From positions 124,001 to 188,000 of the forward strand of contig OZ025792.1 of assembly GCA_964019425.1 (NCBI GenBank): a stretch of 64,000 nucleotides of DNA, read 5' to 3'. The notes beneath the pieces were generated by a model. It did not search any database. It was not told the DNA's origin and worked only from the letters and a program-made list of their open reading frames with translations. How positions within the stretch are numbered: position 1 is the stretch's first letter; each line of letters opens with the position of its first letter. Shown piece by piece: positions 60,290-64,000 of the stretch. The position numbers and the translations under genes are program-made. The DNA comes from Flectonema sp. DT1601. Taxonomy: Eukaryota.

Positions 60290-60380
60290 TATTTCATTGA
60301 ACGCAGACAGAACCCTGTCGCACGGAGGATATAACATATGATCAAAAGAAATATCAGTTTTTCAATTTGAATTGTTTCTT
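60290..60380 (+). repeat. Dispersed repeat family A copy
   Basis: TATTTCATTGAACGCAGACAGAACCCTGTCGCACGG..ATGATCAAAAGAAATATCAGTTTTTCAATTTGAATTGTTTCTT. Confidence 0.85.
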
Positions 60381-61121
60381 TTACAATACAAAAAAAAAAA
60401 AAAAAAAAGAAAACAATCCCAATAAGAAGTCTCTAGGGATGGGCTTGGCTTCGTAAAGCGGTGAAAAAAAAAAAATAAAAAATAATAATAATAATCACAC
60501 TAGTAATAAAGTTGAGTGTTTCTAATCAAAAGTAAGACAAAGGGCAAATAAAAAACCCACCTTTGCTTGAGAATAACTGAATGCAAAAAAAAAAAAAAAA
60601 AAAAAAATAACAACAAGAACGCTTTTACGAGAGTTCATAAAACATAAACTATAATTAATTGCAGCTATCAAAAGAACCGAGTTCTAAGCGCCCACGGGGA
60701 ATTGACACACATCTAAAAAATGTTTTTTTTTTTTTTTTTTTTTTGTTAGCGATTCCAACATGCTGCCAAAGTAATAATAGCTAAAGGACCCAAAGAAGGA
60801 AGCTCTTCGAGCGATCCCCAATACTTAGTTTCGACAAAGGGCTACTGGAACCGGCAGAACTGTAGCCCTAATGCTTCAACCTAGACCGGATCCCTAACAA
60901 GAAACAGATTTTATTAGTGAGTATAAAAATAAACTTAATTATTCGGGGGAAGGAGTAACTACCTGAATCATTTACCTACAATGAAATAAAAAAATATGTT
61001 TTGGTATCGAAAGGTAATTTATGATACAACTAAATGTTACTCCGCAAATATCGTAAAAAGACTCTACATCACTGTCAACGTCCCTAACTAATTGGCGTGT
61101 ATGTTAAAATATTTTTTCGGA

Positions 61122-61160
<39 letters not shown>

Positions 61161-61699
61161 TTTTTTGACCCATTACTTATAATCAAAAAAGACCACTTTT
61201 TTGTGCAAGAGAAAAAGTGTCTTTATTTTACATTTTGGGGTTGTTCGTAGTTTAAAAAAAAAAAAAAAAATTTTTGATATCAGTGATAATAATAATAAAA
61301 AAAACAGATGCCAATCAACAATAAAATAAAATAATAACAACACATATAAAGGAATTACGATAAGGGAGAGACTGAAAAAAATCTCGTACCCAAGAATCTG
61401 TGTACATTCCGAATGAGAAGATGTGACGACGTTCAAACCTAGCTCAAGCAAATAAATGAAAATATAAAAAAAAAAAACCTTCGAAAGTCACAAATGACTA
61501 ATACAGTAAGTTCTCTGTTTGCCACTTTGGGCACAGAAAACCAACCAAATATAATTGTTTGATCTGCTTCGATGCAGTAGCACACGAACACGAAACCACT
61601 GCTAAGGTTTGCAGTGAAATATAATGTTTCGTGCTGTTAAGATTCTTATAGTTGTTTGTTGTTGCTGTTGTTGCCTTGACTGAGTTAACAAGGCATAAC

Positions 61700-61735
<36 letters not shown>

Positions 61736-62777
61736 CAAAAGCAAAAGAAGCAAGACTGTGCCTTGATCATATTATATTCAATTTCTTGCCTTAACACACT
61801 GGGGGGGGGCGAAAACAATCCAAAAAAAAAAGAAATTGGATACTATTTTTTTCCCCTCCCACTTTTTTTTTTTTTTGACCTTTTTTTTGATTGAAGTCGC
61901 ATCAATGCTGGTCACTGTACGTAACTCAGCAGATTGTAATAAAATTGGGTTATCTGTCCTATTGTGTAGAAGACAGTGTGCTGAACAAAACCTTTTTTTT
62001 TTTTTTTTTTTTCTTTTTCCCCTTACTTTTCACTCAGCAGCGGATTGTTAGATAAAAAAAAAAAAAAATATTCGCGCAATTAAGCAGCTCAAAATTTGTT
62101 TCTTCTTCTTTTTCTTCTTTGTGAAGGACTACATTGAACATTGTAACATCCAATGTTATATTGCAGCTGTTTAATCACCTTAGAGAAAAAGCTGTTACTA
62201 ACAACAAGATACCTTGCGTGCTTTTGAGTATAAAAAAAAGCGGCTTCACAGAATATTGAGCTACAATAGAGTTTTTTTTTTGTTTTTTTTTTTTGTTTCC
62301 CATAAACAAGCTTCACAAAAATTGAGCCACCGAATACTGTGGAATATAAGATTCAATGGCAATGGAAAATTCAAAAAAAAAAAAGAAAAAAAACGAGGGA
62401 GAGTTGAAGATCATATTCCGGCTTCATTCTTCTGAGCCGTTTAACAACAAACGCTAAAGTGAACTAAAGTGGACAGACACAAAAACGCTGACCAGTAGAC
62501 TAGTAATCATGAGTGACTGGACTGCAACACCACAAACTAATAACAGGAGCTAAGAGCTATCAAACTGCGAATCGGAGTATTCAAAAAGAATTAAAACATG
62601 TAACACGTTCTGCCTACAAAGAGCTGGTACCCTTTATTCTAAGATGAAGTATTTCATACGGAAACCAAACAAGTTAAGTAAGTTAAACAGTCGAATCTAA
62701 AAGTCATTCGTTCTGCAGATATACAATCTGTGTCGTGTTACCTGAAGGATAGTCTGACCTGATTAAGGTTGACTATA

Positions 62778-63920
62778 TCAGCAAATAATACAACACTGCT
62801 CTGACTTGTGTTTTTTAACGATGCGAAACAGCTCTTCGGAACCTTCGGACGCGATGCTCGCAGCAGACTTTTTGCTGATGTCGAGATGGGCACCATGTTG
62901 TAGAAGTAGTTCCACCACCTTAGGGTGGTTTTTATCAAATGCTGCCTTTACAGGTGTGGTCGGCTTTGATTTACCAAATCGACTACCTGATTTCGTATTT
63001 GGTTGCGCTCCTGCAGCGAGCAGCAGATTGACAACCTCTAAGTTACCATTTTGACTCGCTGCCAATAAAGGAGTAGTTGACTGGTGCACTGCATCAGCAG
63101 GAACACCCACTTCCAGCATTGCTGCTACGCTTGATGTGAGACCTTCTGCGCATAAGTTCACCATCGTGTGTGCAGATTCTTTGCAATCTGCCTTAACACC
63201 AACATCGACAAGTAATTTTACGATGTGAAATTGACCTGCTAAGGCAGCTCTGCGAAGTCCTTGTCTTGCAATCTTTCCCTTTGGTCGAATCCCATTAAAT
63301 AATAAAAGTTTTATAATAGCTTCGTGTCCATCACGGGCTGCTCTGATGAAAGATGGAGCGAGATATCTGCGGCAGTTCATGGCTCCGTTTTGGATGAGAA
63401 AAGTTACATTTGATACCGACCCAGCAATACAACCCTCAAGTAATGGATTGGACTTCTCTGTTGATTGAGAAGCTGATGCTCCGAATGCCAGTAGTAGTTC
63501 AATGACACTTCCACTTCCTCCTTTGACTGCTGCTATTAGTGGGGTTACACTATCAGATTCAGCACTAGGGTCAGCACCTGATAGTAGTAGTAGTTTTACT
63601 AATTCTTGGTTTCCAGCACTGGCAGCGTTTATTAACTCTGACGTATTAGTCTCATCAACGTTCAGGTTTTTTAGTCGTCTGACTGCTGCTTCTTTCTTTG
63701 ACATATCGACGTCAATCATGTCATCATTTCTAACTTCACTCTCACTTAACAACATTACGATGTCATTGAGTACTTCTTCACCTCCCATTCGCAGACAAAG
63801 ATCATCTGCCTTGATATCAACGGCTTCTGAGATTTCATCTCTCAGATGGCTGACCGTTGCGCTGTCTGAAACTTCCACCGCGTGGATTGTTCCGTCAATA
63901 CCTCGGCAGTAAATATACAT
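62778..63920 (-). CDS. Ubiquitin-like domain + ankyrin-repeat protein with C-terminal CaaX-like motif
   Basis: Ubl N-terminus MYIYCRGIDGTIHAVEVSDSATVSHL, multiple ankyrin repeats (TPLIAAV, TPLLAASQNGNLEVV) and C-terminus KKHKSEQCCIIC*. Confidence 0.9.
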   Translation of the reverse strand: MYIYCRGIDGTIHAVEVSDSATVSHLRDEISEAVDIKADDLCLRMGGEEVLNDIVMLLSESEVRNDDMIDVDMSKKEAAVRRLKNLNVDETNTSELINAASAGNQELVKLLLLSGADPSAESDSVTPLIAAVKGGSGSVIELLLAFGASASQSTEKSNPLLEGCIAGSVSNVTFLIQNGAMNCRRYLAPSFIRAARDGHEAIIKLLLFNGIRPKGKIARQGLRRAALAGQFHIVKLLVDVGVKADCKESAHTMVNLCAEGLTSSVAAMLEVGVPADAVHQSTTPLLAASQNGNLEVVNLLLAAGAQPNTKSGSRFGKSKPTTPVKAAFDKNHPKVVELLLQHGAHLDISKKSAASIASEGSEELFRIVKKHKSEQCCIIC

Positions 63921-64000
63921 TGTATGTCCAGGCTGACTGTAGGAAGAATTATTGTAAGTTAATATTGTAAAGGATAATAAAATATTCTCGTCAACGCATC

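Noticed and set aside
52800..62700. Many 60-150 aa ORFs rich in poly-Phe or poly-Lys
   Set aside because: Translations of homopolymer tracts, many with TTG/GTG starts; the same applies to 8500-11000 and 26700-29200.

Overview
This is eukaryotic nuclear DNA, not a prokaryote: AT-rich intergenic regions with long poly(A)/poly(T) tracts and short GT-AG introns. All 25 protein genes I can support lie on the minus strand across the whole 64 kb, resembling the directional gene clusters of Euglenozoa. Cis-introns, a KAP/HMG-like mitochondrial protein and a ubiquitin-like+ankyrin gene make a diplonemid-like protist my best inference (not proven). Genes: TBCD (partial), NAD kinase, NADAR-domain protein, GcvT, fatty acid desaturase, giant ankyrin-anoctamin fusion, two GAPDH paralogs (one lacking the catalytic His), SWIB/BAF60-like, mL53, LicD, NEK kinase, NPPF methyltransferase-like, G3BP-like, PhoD, a GC-rich cathepsin-L-like protease with three unrecognised N-terminal repeats, CXorf65-like, HMG/KAP-like, divergent Hsp90, eIF3i, Ubl-ankyrin and several hypotheticals. 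Also present: a degenerate TA-flanked pogo/Tc1-mariner transposon, a ~107-bp dispersed repeat family and a ~10-kb gene-free stretch. The most striking pattern is two classes of 3' splice acceptor. The seven cis-introns are 64-84 nt, all phase 0 and A/C-rich before the AG, whereas most AGs just upstream of start codons (putative trans-splice sites) follow pyrimidine tracts. Family assignments come from motif recognition by eye; no database search was run.
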